Positions 1 to 8,941 of a DNA stretch of 64,000 nucleotides are shown here, piece by piece; the first letter of the stretch is position 1, and every line of letters starts with the position of its first letter. The notes beneath the pieces were generated by a model. It searched no databases. It was not told the origin of the DNA and worked only from the letters and a program-made list of their open reading frames with translations. Source of the stretch: a virus; IMG/VR virus record IMGVR_UViG_3300028873_000014, positions 1 to 64,000 of that record; one strand, 5' to 3'. The position numbers and the translations under genes are program-made.

Positions 1-9
1 GCACTACTG

Positions 10-243
10 ATGTTAGTTGACTTTCTTAGAGAAACAGAAGGAGATATAGTAAATTATCTAAGTGATGATAGTTATATACCCAATCAAGTAGCAGAAATAG
101 CAACAAGATTGAAAGTACAGTACCTAAATAACCTTCCCCCAACACAGAATGTTGAACAACTTGACCTGGAAAAAGCAATTGAAGAAATACGTAAGGATAA
201 ACCTTCTTGGGATAAAATGGATAAAAAATACAGAAAACAATGA
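10..243 (+). CDS. hypothetical phage protein (may be 5'-truncated by the window edge)
   Basis: Frame is open from position 1; stop overlaps the next start (ATGA). Confidence 0.6.
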   Translation: MLVDFLRETEGDIVNYLSDDSYIPNQVAEIATRLKVQYLNNLPPTQNVEQLDLEKAIEEIRKDKPSWDKMDKKYRKQ

Positions 244-584
244 ATGAAGAAAAGGGTTTATGGGGGAAAATGAGAGAACAAGGTAATAGGGTAAGTTTTG
301 ATCTGTCTAAACCAATATCAGAAGAAGAACTAATAGAAACCTTTGAGTTGTTACGAAAACAAGATGAAGAGCGAAGGAAAAGAATGGATAAGGAGTATAC
401 CCCTATAGAACAAATAACGCTGAAGGATATAGAGGATGAATTAGCTAAATGGGGAAATGATCTACCAAGATCATTAATGGCAAAAGTTAAAATAGCTGGT
501 ATGTATAGTGATTTACCAATAGGAGTTGTAAAAGTTTACCTAGAAGCAGTACAAAGAGAAGTTGATAAACTAAAACTGAAATAA
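240..584 (+). CDS. hypothetical phage protein
   Basis: 114-aa ORF with start/stop overlaps on both sides. Confidence 0.7.
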   Translation: MNEEKGLWGKMREQGNRVSFDLSKPISEEELIETFELLRKQDEERRKRMDKEYTPIEQITLKDIEDELAKWGNDLPRSLMAKVKIAGMYSDLPIGVVKVYLEAVQREVDKLKLK

Positions 585-931
585 TGGAACTGACTAAAGA
601 AGTACTAGTAGAATTAGGATGGAAGTTTCACGGAGGTTTCTACTGGGAACTTACCTGGAACACAGATTGTGATGAAATATCCAATAGAGGACTATCCTGG
701 AGATTAAACTTCGTAAACCCCAATAGAGCATTGCATATAGACTGTTATGAAAGAAATGCATTTGAATGGGAAAGGTGTTATCAAGGTCCATGTCATACTG
801 TAACTGATTTGCTCACTATCATGGGGATGCTCAAATTAGAAAACAAGAGTGAGTTATATACAGAAAATGATGCCTCTTGGACAGATAATACAGAATCTAC
901 AGAAAGAATAAGTGAAGATTACCCAAATTAA
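584..931 (+). CDS. hypothetical phage protein (LTxExLxxxGW N-terminus)
   Basis: TAATG coupling; N-terminus resembles that of 6907..7218. Confidence 0.7.
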   Translation: MELTKEVLVELGWKFHGGFYWELTWNTDCDEISNRGLSWRLNFVNPNRALHIDCYERNAFEWERCYQGPCHTVTDLLTIMGMLKLENKSELYTENDASWTDNTESTERISEDYPN

Positions 932-941
932 AACCAAAGAA

Positions 942-1388
942 ATGAACAAGATACTAAGTATAGATCCTGCGACAAAATTAGGGTGGGCCGTAAGTAATAG
1001 TTTATATGGTATGGAAAACCTGAAAACACAAAGTGGTGAGAGTAGTGGGTTCAAGCTTATAAAGTTTAAGTCATTTCTACAGAAGATAATAGATACAGAA
1101 CAAATTAGTTGTGTGGCGTATGAACGTCCTGGGGGAAGATTCAAGAACGATATAATGAGTCATGCAAAGTTTGTAGCTATTATAGAAACAGTCTGTATAG
1201 AAAACGGTATAGAATATAAGGCGTTTTCTCCATTAGAGATAAAATCTTTTGCTACAGGTAAAGGAAATGCTAATAAAGAAATGATGATACAAGCAGCTAA
1301 GGATAAGTATGGGTATACAGGAAATGATGATAATATAGCAGACGCGTTACATATCCTAAATCTTGCTAACAAAAACTATAATGAATGA
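942..1388 (+). CDS. ruvC: RuvC-like Holliday junction resolvase
   Basis: ILSIDP..LGWA, YE, P..IKSFATGKGNANK and DNIADA motifs; likely ATG start at 942 (track start 912). Confidence 0.85.
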   Translation: MNKILSIDPATKLGWAVSNSLYGMENLKTQSGESSGFKLIKFKSFLQKIIDTEQISCVAYERPGGRFKNDIMSHAKFVAIIETVCIENGIEYKAFSPLEIKSFATGKGNANKEMMIQAAKDKYGYTGNDDNIADALHILNLANKNYNE

Positions 1389-1948
1389 TAACAAATGACA
1401 ACGAAAAGAAGTTACTCAGGGATGGGTATATAGAAGAGTACAAAAGGCTTACAGGACATAAGTTATTATGTGTAGAACAAAAAAGGAAGAGAAGGATAAC
1501 AAAGTACCAGGGAGTAGCAAGAAAACATATCCTGTTAGTAGCTGCAGAGTATTCCGGAATACCCCTCGATGACATAATAGGTAAGAGCAGAAGGAGAGAA
1601 ATAGTTGCTATCAGGCAGTTGATCAGTTTCTTATTACGCGAAATGCGAATAACCCTGACAGAGATAGGTAGGATAGTAAACAGTGACCACACAACAGTAA
1701 TGAGTACTATTGACCTGCTCACGGGGAGAATGAGTGTAGATAAGGAGTTTAAGGCGGAGTATAGAGAGTTCAAAGAGTACTGCCTGGAAAAACTCGATGG
1801 TAATAGAAGAACACTCCTGGACACTCATCAAAAAAAAGCAATAGTTGATAGCTATCGGGGAGGAGGAATATCATCTAAGGAACTAGCTGAGATATATAAT
1901 GTGGATCAATCAACAATTAACAGAATTTGCCAAAAAACAAAGAAATGA
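1385..1948 (+). CDS. DnaA domain IV (Bac_DnaA_C)-like DNA-binding protein with C-terminal HTH
   Basis: SRRREIVAIRQLISFLLRE..LTEIGRIVNSDHTTV matches DnaA domain IV; C-terminal SSKELAEIYNVDQSTINRI is an HTH; no AAA+ domain. Confidence 0.8.
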   Translation: MITNDNEKKLLRDGYIEEYKRLTGHKLLCVEQKRKRRITKYQGVARKHILLVAAEYSGIPLDDIIGKSRRREIVAIRQLISFLLREMRITLTEIGRIVNSDHTTVMSTIDLLTGRMSVDKEFKAEYREFKEYCLEKLDGNRRTLLDTHQKKAIVDSYRGGGISSKELAEIYNVDQSTINRICQKTKK

Positions 1949-2262
1949 TACTAGAAGAAGCACTTAAGAGTATTGATGAAAAAGAAGATCAGATAGATAA
2001 ACTAAAAGAAGAAATCTCTGATCTTAGAAAGAATTTAATAAACATAACCCCATTTACTAAAGGGGAAAAAGTTAAAGTCATACAACTTAGAAACAAATTC
2101 TATAAAGAAGATAAGGATAAAGAAATAGAATGTTTTATAACAGGAGTAGACTACACATGGGGTAAGACACTAAAGTATCAGTTTAACAAGATAAAGAAAG
2201 ACGGTACTATAAGTGCCCAAAGTGCTGGTATTTATGGATATGATAAAATTGAAAAGATATGA
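1945..2262 (+). CDS. hypothetical protein (N-terminal coiled coil)
   Basis: ATG at 1945 overlaps the upstream stop (track start 1927). Confidence 0.7.
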   Translation: MILEEALKSIDEKEDQIDKLKEEISDLRKNLINITPFTKGEKVKVIQLRNKFYKEDKDKEIECFITGVDYTWGKTLKYQFNKIKKDGTISAQSAGIYGYDKIEKI

Positions 2263-3377
2263 ACCTGGCACCAAAACAAAGTCAAGAAAAAATGACAGAG
2301 CGCGATTACCGATCCATTAAAGATAGGGTAAACTACAGTGCCTTGAAATTACTAAATGATGATAGAGAAAAGTTTTTTCGTCAACTGGTCCTAGGGGAAG
2401 TAGGAAAAGAAAAACAAAGTGTTTCTATAACTATGGGATCGATGATGCATTCTCTTTTGTCCGGCATAAAAGAGGATTTTGATACTAAGTTTCATGTATC
2501 ACAAATCATCCCCCCGAGTGAAACAACACATATGGGTATGTTAATAGACGCACTCTATTCACGATACATGCAAAGTGTAAACGAGTTCCATGAACAGCAA
2601 GATAGTTTTAAGGTAATCTTCAATGATGCTCTACAAAAAGTTAAGTATGACGCTAGTGGCCAACAGGTAACCTTTAAAAAAGCAAAAGATGATGCCGCAA
2701 TACTGGCAATGTTTGAAGGAACCAATAATGAACTATACTTTAAAGAACTTATTGAGAATTGCGACAAGACTACTGTTACTATACCTATGATAGAAAAGGC
2801 AGAGAGACTAGTACAGAAGGTGAAAGATCACCCCGTAACAGGCATGTATGCTAACTGCTACAACGGACAGGATGACGGGTTAATTGAGGTACACAATGAA
2901 TTACCGATCCTTTTCGATATAGGGGAACTAAAATGTAAATGCCTACCGGATAAGTTAATCATAAATCACGGGGAAAGTGTTGTAGAACCACTTGACTGGA
3001 AAACGACTTGGGTAGCATCAGAGAGTATAGAAGGGGTTTATACAAAGTACGGATATTACCTACAGGCAGCGTTTTACAACCTGGGAATTAAGGAATGGAT
3101 GAAACAAAATAATCTAGGGAACTACACCTTAGAACCAATTAAGTTTGTATTTTGTGATACAGGTGGTTTCTCGGACCCCTTTATATTAAAACTCTCTCAA
3201 GATGATTTAGAAAGAAGCATGAGAGGCTTTAAAATACGTGGATATAGATATAAAGGTGTTGAGAGATTGTTAGAGGAGTTACAACATCACCTATCTACAG
3301 GAAACTGGACAAGTTCGTACGAAGAGTATAAAAACAAATCAGTAATATCACTAAACTTGCAGTATGGTAGCAGGTAA
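2259..3377 (+). CDS. PD-(D/E)XK nuclease (exonuclease VIII/RecB-like)
   Basis: HNELP..KCLPDKL..DWKTT..YYLQAAFY motifs; N-terminal YSALK..GSMMH. Confidence 0.8.
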   Translation: MNLAPKQSQEKMTERDYRSIKDRVNYSALKLLNDDREKFFRQLVLGEVGKEKQSVSITMGSMMHSLLSGIKEDFDTKFHVSQIIPPSETTHMGMLIDALYSRYMQSVNEFHEQQDSFKVIFNDALQKVKYDASGQQVTFKKAKDDAAILAMFEGTNNELYFKELIENCDKTTVTIPMIEKAERLVQKVKDHPVTGMYANCYNGQDDGLIEVHNELPILFDIGELKCKCLPDKLIINHGESVVEPLDWKTTWVASESIEGVYTKYGYYLQAAFYNLGIKEWMKQNNLGNYTLEPIKFVFCDTGGFSDPFILKLSQDDLERSMRGFKIRGYRYKGVERLLEELQHHLSTGNWTSSYEEYKNKSVISLNLQYGSR

Positions 3378-3400
3378 TTAAATAACAAAAACAAATAAAT

Positions 3401-4183
3401 ATGGAAACATCACAAGTCGCAACAACACAACAGAAAAAGAAGAAAGAAATTAAATGGTGGTATCCTGGTAAGAAACAAAGGGATTATGATAATGACTGGG
3501 GAAGTGTTTACTTTAGAAAGTTTAAAAATCCCACTATTGCTATTAAGATGGGACCAGCATCCTATTTTGATAATAGGTTAAGTATTCACATAACCTTGCT
3601 CTGGATAAGTATCTTTTTACATCTTCCTATTTATAGTAAAATAACAGATGAGTGCGAGACACCTACATTTGGGTTCTACTATCATAGTAATTCATTAGTG
3701 TTATGCTGGAACATGAAAAATAAGTTCATTCACATGCCTTGGGATATGGATTGGGTTAGAACAAGCAAGTTACGTAGTGATGGTACTTGGTATACAGAAA
3801 GAAAAGGCGATGTAAAAAAGTGGAAGAAGAATAATCCAGGGAAGTCGGTAGGTGAAAGATGGGAAGCAGAAAAGTTACTAGAAGGAGAACTTTGGAAAGA
3901 AACGCATCATTACTATTACAAAACCAAGTATAAAGAAGAGCAGGATGATATAGATGCTACTATAAGAGTTAGTGAAATGGAATGGCGACCCAGATGGTTT
4001 AGATGGACAAAATTATTTGCTAAAATAAGAAAGAGCATTGATGTAGAGTTTAGTAAAGAAGTCGGTAGCGAGAGAGGTAGTTGGAAAGGCGGATGTACAG
4101 GATGTGGTTACGAAATGCTACTGGGGGAACAACCTATAGATACTTTGGCTAGAATGCAAAAAGAAAGAACTTTTGACCGATAA
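3401..4183 (+). CDS. hypothetical Trp-rich phage protein
   Basis: 260-aa ORF with A-rich leader. Confidence 0.75.
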   Translation: METSQVATTQQKKKKEIKWWYPGKKQRDYDNDWGSVYFRKFKNPTIAIKMGPASYFDNRLSIHITLLWISIFLHLPIYSKITDECETPTFGFYYHSNSLVLCWNMKNKFIHMPWDMDWVRTSKLRSDGTWYTERKGDVKKWKKNNPGKSVGERWEAEKLLEGELWKETHHYYYKTKYKEEQDDIDATIRVSEMEWRPRWFRWTKLFAKIRKSIDVEFSKEVGSERGSWKGGCTGCGYEMLLGEQPIDTLARMQKERTFDR

Positions 4184-4199
4184 TAAAGATTATAGAAAA

Positions 4200-4319
4200 A
4201 TGATAATAACGTTAACCAGTGCATTTAATTATATTAAGTCAGTAGATAAAATGCATTTAATTCCAAGTAATAATGTTATGGAAATTATACAATTCGCAAA
4301 TCAATTACTAACATTATGA
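4200..4319 (+). CDS. small hypothetical protein (39 aa; possible TTG start at 4173)
   Basis: Read manually (MIITLTSAFNYIKSV..); fills the gap and its stop overlaps the 4316 ATG. Confidence 0.4.
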   Translation: MIITLTSAFNYIKSVDKMHLIPSNNVMEIIQFANQLLTL

Positions 4320-4516
4320 TAGTACAAGAAACCTACTTAGTAGAGTATTTGAATAGAGTAATTCCTCTGTATATAGGAAGAGATAAACAAACTGCAGTAT
4401 ATAGATACTATGCTCAATTTGGTAACACAAGTGAATTTGATGGAGCACAGATAGTAGAGTTTGAGGAGATAAATGAAGAAACTGCACAAGAGTTAATCAA
4501 AAATAGTTCGATATGA
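4316..4516 (+). CDS. hypothetical protein
   Basis: ATGA-coupled small ORF. Confidence 0.65.
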   Translation: MIVQETYLVEYLNRVIPLYIGRDKQTAVYRYYAQFGNTSEFDGAQIVEFEEINEETAQELIKNSSI

Positions 4517-4737
4517 GAACTTGGCAGGAAATAATCGAAATAGAAATGATGGATTGTGATCACCGAGATATTGAAAAACTTATAGAAAACCCATTAGTAG
4601 AATGGGCTATGCGATTATATGCAAAAGAAGTAGTAGAAGATATGGAAGAAAGAATGTGGGAGTTTGTCGATCCAAGAGACTGCCCAGGGGGGTGGGATTA
4701 TACAGAAGAATATAAAGATTGGAAACAAAAACTATAA
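4513..4737 (+). CDS. hypothetical protein
   Basis: ATGA-coupled acidic small ORF. Confidence 0.65.
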   Translation: MRTWQEIIEIEMMDCDHRDIEKLIENPLVEWAMRLYAKEVVEDMEERMWEFVDPRDCPGGWDYTEEYKDWKQKL

Positions 4738-4747
4738 AATCACACAC

Positions 4748-5101
4748 ATGAAAAGATATTGGTTATTTCAAGCAGATCAATACTATCCTAATGGGGGAAT
4801 GAGCGACTTTATAGGGGACTACGATAGTGTTTCAGAGTGTGAGGGGGCAAGAACAGCAAACTTTGATCCAAATCTTAGTCTTAATGATGTAGTAGAACTA
4901 TGGAAAACATTACAAAAAACAACCCCGCTAGAAGAACTTAAAAAGATAAGACCTAATTATCAGGAGATGTTCAAACAAGTAGAGAGAGGTAGAGATACCG
5001 GGTATCATATCTTAGATATCCAGGAAAGAGTAATAGTACAAGGATGGGATCAGTTTGAGAAGAAAGTAATAGAAAGAACACCATTAACAGAGTTTAAATA
5101 A
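4748..5101 (+). CDS. hypothetical phage protein (YYPxGG motif)
   Basis: Likely ATG at 4748 (MKRYWLFQADQYYPNGG); track start 4664. Confidence 0.7.
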   Translation: MKRYWLFQADQYYPNGGMSDFIGDYDSVSECEGARTANFDPNLSLNDVVELWKTLQKTTPLEELKKIRPNYQEMFKQVERGRDTGYHILDIQERVIVQGWDQFEKKVIERTPLTEFK

Positions 5102-5111
5102 ATCATACACA

Positions 5112-6155
5112 ATGGCAGGTAAAAAGAAAGATGATGAAGAAGTAAAACAGAAGGACCCCTTTGCTGCAATGAATGAAAAATACGGAAAAGGTTCTGTGAT
5201 ACTGGCAAACTCAAAAGGGTTTGACAAGGTAAAAGAAGTTACTTCTACAGGCAGTTTAACTTTAGATATAGCAACTGGTATTGGGGGAGTTCCTAAAGGG
5301 GGTAAAATAACTCAAATAATAGGAGGGGAGAGTGCATCTAAAACAACTTTATCATTACATATAATTGCGGAAGAGCAGAAAAAAGGAAATTTATGTGCCT
5401 TTCTTGATGTGGAAGGGACATACTCGTCAGAGTATGCAACTTCAATCGGTGTGGATGAATCAAAGCTCTATATAGTCAATGTAGAGACTTTCCTAGATAA
5501 GAAAAAGGAAAGTGAGACAAAAGCAATATCAGGTGAAGAATGGTTAGAGATATTAGGTGATCTATTAGATACAAAACAGTTTGGTATTATAGTGTTGGAT
5601 AGTGCTGCAGAGTTATGTCCGAAAGCAGAGTTAGAAGGAGGACAGAGTTATTCTGGTATAGGGGTAATGGCAAGAATGATGAGTAAAGGATTAAGGACAA
5701 TTACGGCAAAACTGTTACCGACGAATACAGGTCTGGTAATATTGAATCAGTATAGAATGTCCCCTGGAAAGTATGGTGACCCTCGTGTGGAGGCGACAGG
5801 TGAAGCCTTGAAGTTCTATACAGCACTTAAAATTGAGATCAGTAAGTCACTGGATAAAGATGGAGATGGTGTATATGGCATACAGGTAAAAGCAAAAATT
5901 ACAAAGAGTAAAGTTTCTGCACCGTATGGAACTGCAAGTTACTATGTAGAATTTGGTAAAGGTATACAGAGAATAGATGAGATAATAGATCTGGCGATAG
6001 AGCACAAGATAATAAAAAGTGCCACAGGGCATTACAGTTACAATGAAGAGAAGTTATGTCATGGGTTTGATAAACTGAAACAGTTGTTTATTGACAACAG
6101 CGAGTTTGCAACAGATGTTGAATGTAAAGTGTTAGAAAAGCTAAAAGAGATATAA
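5112..6155 (+). CDS. recA: RecA recombinase (phage-encoded)
   Basis: STGSLTLDIATGIGGVPKG, variant Walker A GGESASKTT, IVLDS, ARMMS, NQYR and GEALKFY motifs. Confidence 0.93.
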   Translation: MAGKKKDDEEVKQKDPFAAMNEKYGKGSVILANSKGFDKVKEVTSTGSLTLDIATGIGGVPKGGKITQIIGGESASKTTLSLHIIAEEQKKGNLCAFLDVEGTYSSEYATSIGVDESKLYIVNVETFLDKKKESETKAISGEEWLEILGDLLDTKQFGIIVLDSAAELCPKAELEGGQSYSGIGVMARMMSKGLRTITAKLLPTNTGLVILNQYRMSPGKYGDPRVEATGEALKFYTALKIEISKSLDKDGDGVYGIQVKAKITKSKVSAPYGTASYYVEFGKGIQRIDEIIDLAIEHKIIKSATGHYSYNEEKLCHGFDKLKQLFIDNSEFATDVECKVLEKLKEI

Positions 6156-6601
6156 TGAGTGAAGAGAAAAAAGAATCAATAGTAAGTTCTCTCTACGCTC
6201 AAAAGAGGCATCATGAAAGTAAGATAACCTACTGGAAGAAGCAGAAGAAAGATGTGGATGAAAATCTTAGGAAGCATTTAGAACAACTATCTGCAGTAGA
6301 AAAGAAGTTAGAGAAAATTGTAGGTAGGGAGATCGTAATTACCAGTCACTTCATAAGTCGCTACCATGAACGTATAAACCCCGTGAGCACTATAGATGAT
6401 ATGAGGCAGCATATACTAACAGAACAGTTTATTAACATGACGAGTACCCTGGGAAATGGTGAATACCCTATAGATGATGGCAAGTACAGAGTAATTTTTG
6501 AAGATAATAAATTACTCACAATCACTAAACCTTTCTCGGGGGAAGAATTAAGAGAACATAGGAAAGTTAATCGTAAAAAATATGGAAGAGAACATAACTG
6601 A
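6155..6601 (+). CDS. hypothetical protein (coiled coil plus HxxxRYxER domain)
   Basis: TAATG coupling; ITSHFISRYHERI motif. Confidence 0.7.
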   Translation: MSEEKKESIVSSLYAQKRHHESKITYWKKQKKDVDENLRKHLEQLSAVEKKLEKIVGREIVITSHFISRYHERINPVSTIDDMRQHILTEQFINMTSTLGNGEYPIDDGKYRVIFEDNKLLTITKPFSGEELREHRKVNRKKYGREHN

Positions 6602-6905
6602 TCAAAAACCTGTTAAGCCACATGAATCTATTCTATTTGAAAATGAAATGGCAATGAGGTTACAGGAAAGCATAACTGATAGCTATAACAAGTGGAGTGA
6701 TTTTATGTGTGATGCATCGGCTAAGTATTGTCAAACAGTCGAAGGGTCACATAGGTTTACGTTGTATGGATTACATCAGGAATTAATAAAGTTACGTAAA
6801 AGTATAAGCAAAGATGCCCCTACACAAGCAGTAATAATTGATCATCTGCTCAAGGGGTTACAAAACTCTATAGACGCAGGAGAAGATATAACTAAACTGA
6901 TATAA
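6582..6905 (+). CDS. hypothetical protein
   Basis: 107-aa ORF in operon. Confidence 0.65.
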   Translation: MEENITDQKPVKPHESILFENEMAMRLQESITDSYNKWSDFMCDASAKYCQTVEGSHRFTLYGLHQELIKLRKSISKDAPTQAVIIDHLLKGLQNSIDAGEDITKLI

Positions 6906-6906
6906 C

Positions 6907-7218
6907 ATGGAAAAGAAACTAAAACCACTCGAAGAAAAGAAAGGTAAAAGAATATCAAAAATGATAACTAAAGAAGAAATAATAGAATGTGGATGGGAAT
7001 ATAACCAAAACATTTGCGATCTACCTGAGATAGGTTTTCTGTATGAAATAAATAGAGGATTTACACAATGGGAAATGCATTATAACTCTGAAAATGGAAA
7101 AATGCAGATAGAGAAAATATTTGACAGTGGAGTAGAAGGAATTGTTTTAGATTGTAAAATACATAACAAAGAAGAACTTCTAGGAGAAATGGCCTGGTTA
7201 AATATCAAGCAAAAATGA
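6907..7218 (+). CDS. hypothetical protein (alternative start 6961)
   Basis: MITKEEIIECGW resembles the start of 584..931. Confidence 0.65.
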   Translation: MEKKLKPLEEKKGKRISKMITKEEIIECGWEYNQNICDLPEIGFLYEINRGFTQWEMHYNSENGKMQIEKIFDSGVEGIVLDCKIHNKEELLGEMAWLNIKQK

Positions 7219-7583
7219 ATAGAAAACCAATGAAACGCTCTGGGGGAACTCTAAAGAAATCAGGGAAAATAAGAACTAAACCTACTCCCCCCGAGAAGAA
7301 GAAAGAACAACAAGAGCAGAGAGAAAAAGATTGGGAGTTTTACAGAGAAATTTGGAATGAACGTGAGCACAAATGTCAAGTTACTGGGGAATGGTTAGGG
7401 AATGAACTAAAGAGTATTTTTGTGGAACATCTTTTGGAAAAAAGTGTGTTTCCTCAGTTCAGGTATGAGAAAAGAAATATAGCTTTGGTATCGGGCGATA
7501 TACATATGAGAAAGACTAACGGTTTTCCTCATCCTATCCATCAGCAACTTATAGAAAAAGCACGCAAAGAACTACTACTATGA
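7215..7583 (+). CDS. HNH-like nuclease
   Basis: CQVTG..EHLLEK..FPQFRY..RNI..H pattern; basic N-terminus. Confidence 0.55.
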   Translation: MNRKPMKRSGGTLKKSGKIRTKPTPPEKKKEQQEQREKDWEFYREIWNEREHKCQVTGEWLGNELKSIFVEHLLEKSVFPQFRYEKRNIALVSGDIHMRKTNGFPHPIHQQLIEKARKELLL

Positions 7584-7661
7584 AAATAAATAAAAATTCA
7601 TTAGATCCCACAAAAGGCTAAGAAACAATGGAAATAAACAAAATATTAAAAGAGATATTTA

Positions 7662-8345
7662 ATGGATGAAGTATTATATAATAAATTATTAAAAGCTGCA
7701 AATGGTATAGTGAATAACTATAGAAATAAGTTAAATAAATCGGCAACATGTGATCTTACTTTAACAGCAGAAGATCTTATAGCTGATATATTTATTACCC
7801 TCTCTGAAAGAGGTGAGGAAATGACACATGATTCTTTTAAGGCAGAAATTTATAAATCCTTATCAAAAGGCCAAACTCAGTACAGAAAAGATATCCATTA
7901 TGATAAAATTTATACAGATATAAAAAGATTAAAACAATGGCAACAAGATAATCCTGAAAAAGTAAAAGAATATTCAAAAATTCACAGCAAAGAATTATCC
8001 AAAAGAGCTAATTTGTGGAATAAAGAAAATAGAGAAAAATGCAGAAAAAATCATAAAAATTGGAGAAAGGAAAATAAAGAAAGAATAAAAGAATACTATT
8101 ATAAAAGAAGTAAACAAAGTACAATAGATCAAGTTAATCGATTTAAGGCTAAAAATCCAAATAGATGGTTGGAGATTCAAACTAAATCTAAAAAAGATAT
8201 GGTGCAAAATTTGAGAGATAGTTATGTAAGAGGAATTATAAAATCGGAAAATAAGAAAAATGGAAATCTTAGTAAAGAAATAACTAAAGACGAAATAGAA
8301 AAAAGAAGACAAAAAATTATAGAAAGAAGACTTAATAAGAAATAA
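7662..8345 (+). CDS. basic hypothetical DNA-binding protein, AT-rich gene
   Basis: Repeated W..(D/E)N.E(K/R) segments; very Lys-rich. Confidence 0.65.
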   Translation: MDEVLYNKLLKAANGIVNNYRNKLNKSATCDLTLTAEDLIADIFITLSERGEEMTHDSFKAEIYKSLSKGQTQYRKDIHYDKIYTDIKRLKQWQQDNPEKVKEYSKIHSKELSKRANLWNKENREKCRKNHKNWRKENKERIKEYYYKRSKQSTIDQVNRFKAKNPNRWLEIQTKSKKDMVQNLRDSYVRGIIKSENKKNGNLSKEITKDEIEKRRQKIIERRLNKK

Positions 8346-8361
8346 TTAGTACTTTAGTTAC

Positions 8362-8631
8362 ATGACAGATACACAAAAAAGAATACAAGCACTTGGTTTA
8401 CCAGAAGTAACAGAAATCATAACTGATATCATTAGCTTCTATAACCAAGTGCTTGATCTGGAAGGAGACCCAGAAGAGATAAGTGCTGTTCTTATCAAAG
8501 AGTTACGTACCTGTTACAAAAAAGAACTGCAGACAGAAAAGGTAATTGCTAAACAAAATGCCCTCGAACAACTTATAGGAAATCTTGTCAAGAAAGAGAA
8601 AACATCTACTATAGACCACTTATTCCTTTAA
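8362..8631 (+). CDS. hypothetical protein
   Basis: 89-aa ORF. Confidence 0.65.
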   Translation: MTDTQKRIQALGLPEVTEIITDIISFYNQVLDLEGDPEEISAVLIKELRTCYKKELQTEKVIAKQNALEQLIGNLVKKEKTSTIDHLFL

Positions 8632-8905
8632 CTGTTTCTTCCAGGTCCTTAAACTCTACATAACCATTATCCATAGCTTCTTTATGTATAGCAGAGAGCA
8701 ATGTGGAAATAGTTACAATAGCTTGTTCCGGACCTGTAAGTTGTTCCTTATTCTCTATCTTAACTTTAATCCTTTCTGCATCTTCTTTAGTCTTACCTTC
8801 TAATAACCAGGCATACATAACCTGTAGGTTGTTGATAATAGCAGTACCTACAACTATAGGTATCTGCGCGTTTGCTTTAATGTGAGGTATCTTTGAATTA
8901 TCCAT
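8609..8905 (-). CDS. hypothetical protein
   Basis: Likely ATG at 8905 (MDNSK), downstream of a TAnnTTTG element; track start 8932. Confidence 0.7.
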   Translation of the reverse strand: MDNSKIPHIKANAQIPIVVGTAIINNLQVMYAWLLEGKTKEDAERIKVKIENKEQLTGPEQAIVTISTLLSAIHKEAMDNGYVEFKDLEETVKGISGL

Positions 8906-8922
8906 AATGTAATTTATCTTTG
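8892..8922 (+). promoter_or_regulatory. Bacteroidota-type primary sigma promoter (-33 TTTG / -7 TATCTTTG)
   Basis: TTTG 8892-8895, 19-nt spacer, TATCTTTG 8915-8922; 19 nt upstream of the UDG-like ATG. Confidence 0.65.
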
Positions 8923-8929
8923 TAAGATA

Positions 8930-8937
8930 CAAAAGTA
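8930..8937 (-). promoter_or_regulatory. Bacteroidota -7 element TACTTTTG (divergent promoter)
   Basis: TAnnTTTG match upstream of the minus-strand ATG at 8905. Confidence 0.5.
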
Positions 8938-8941
8938 ATAA

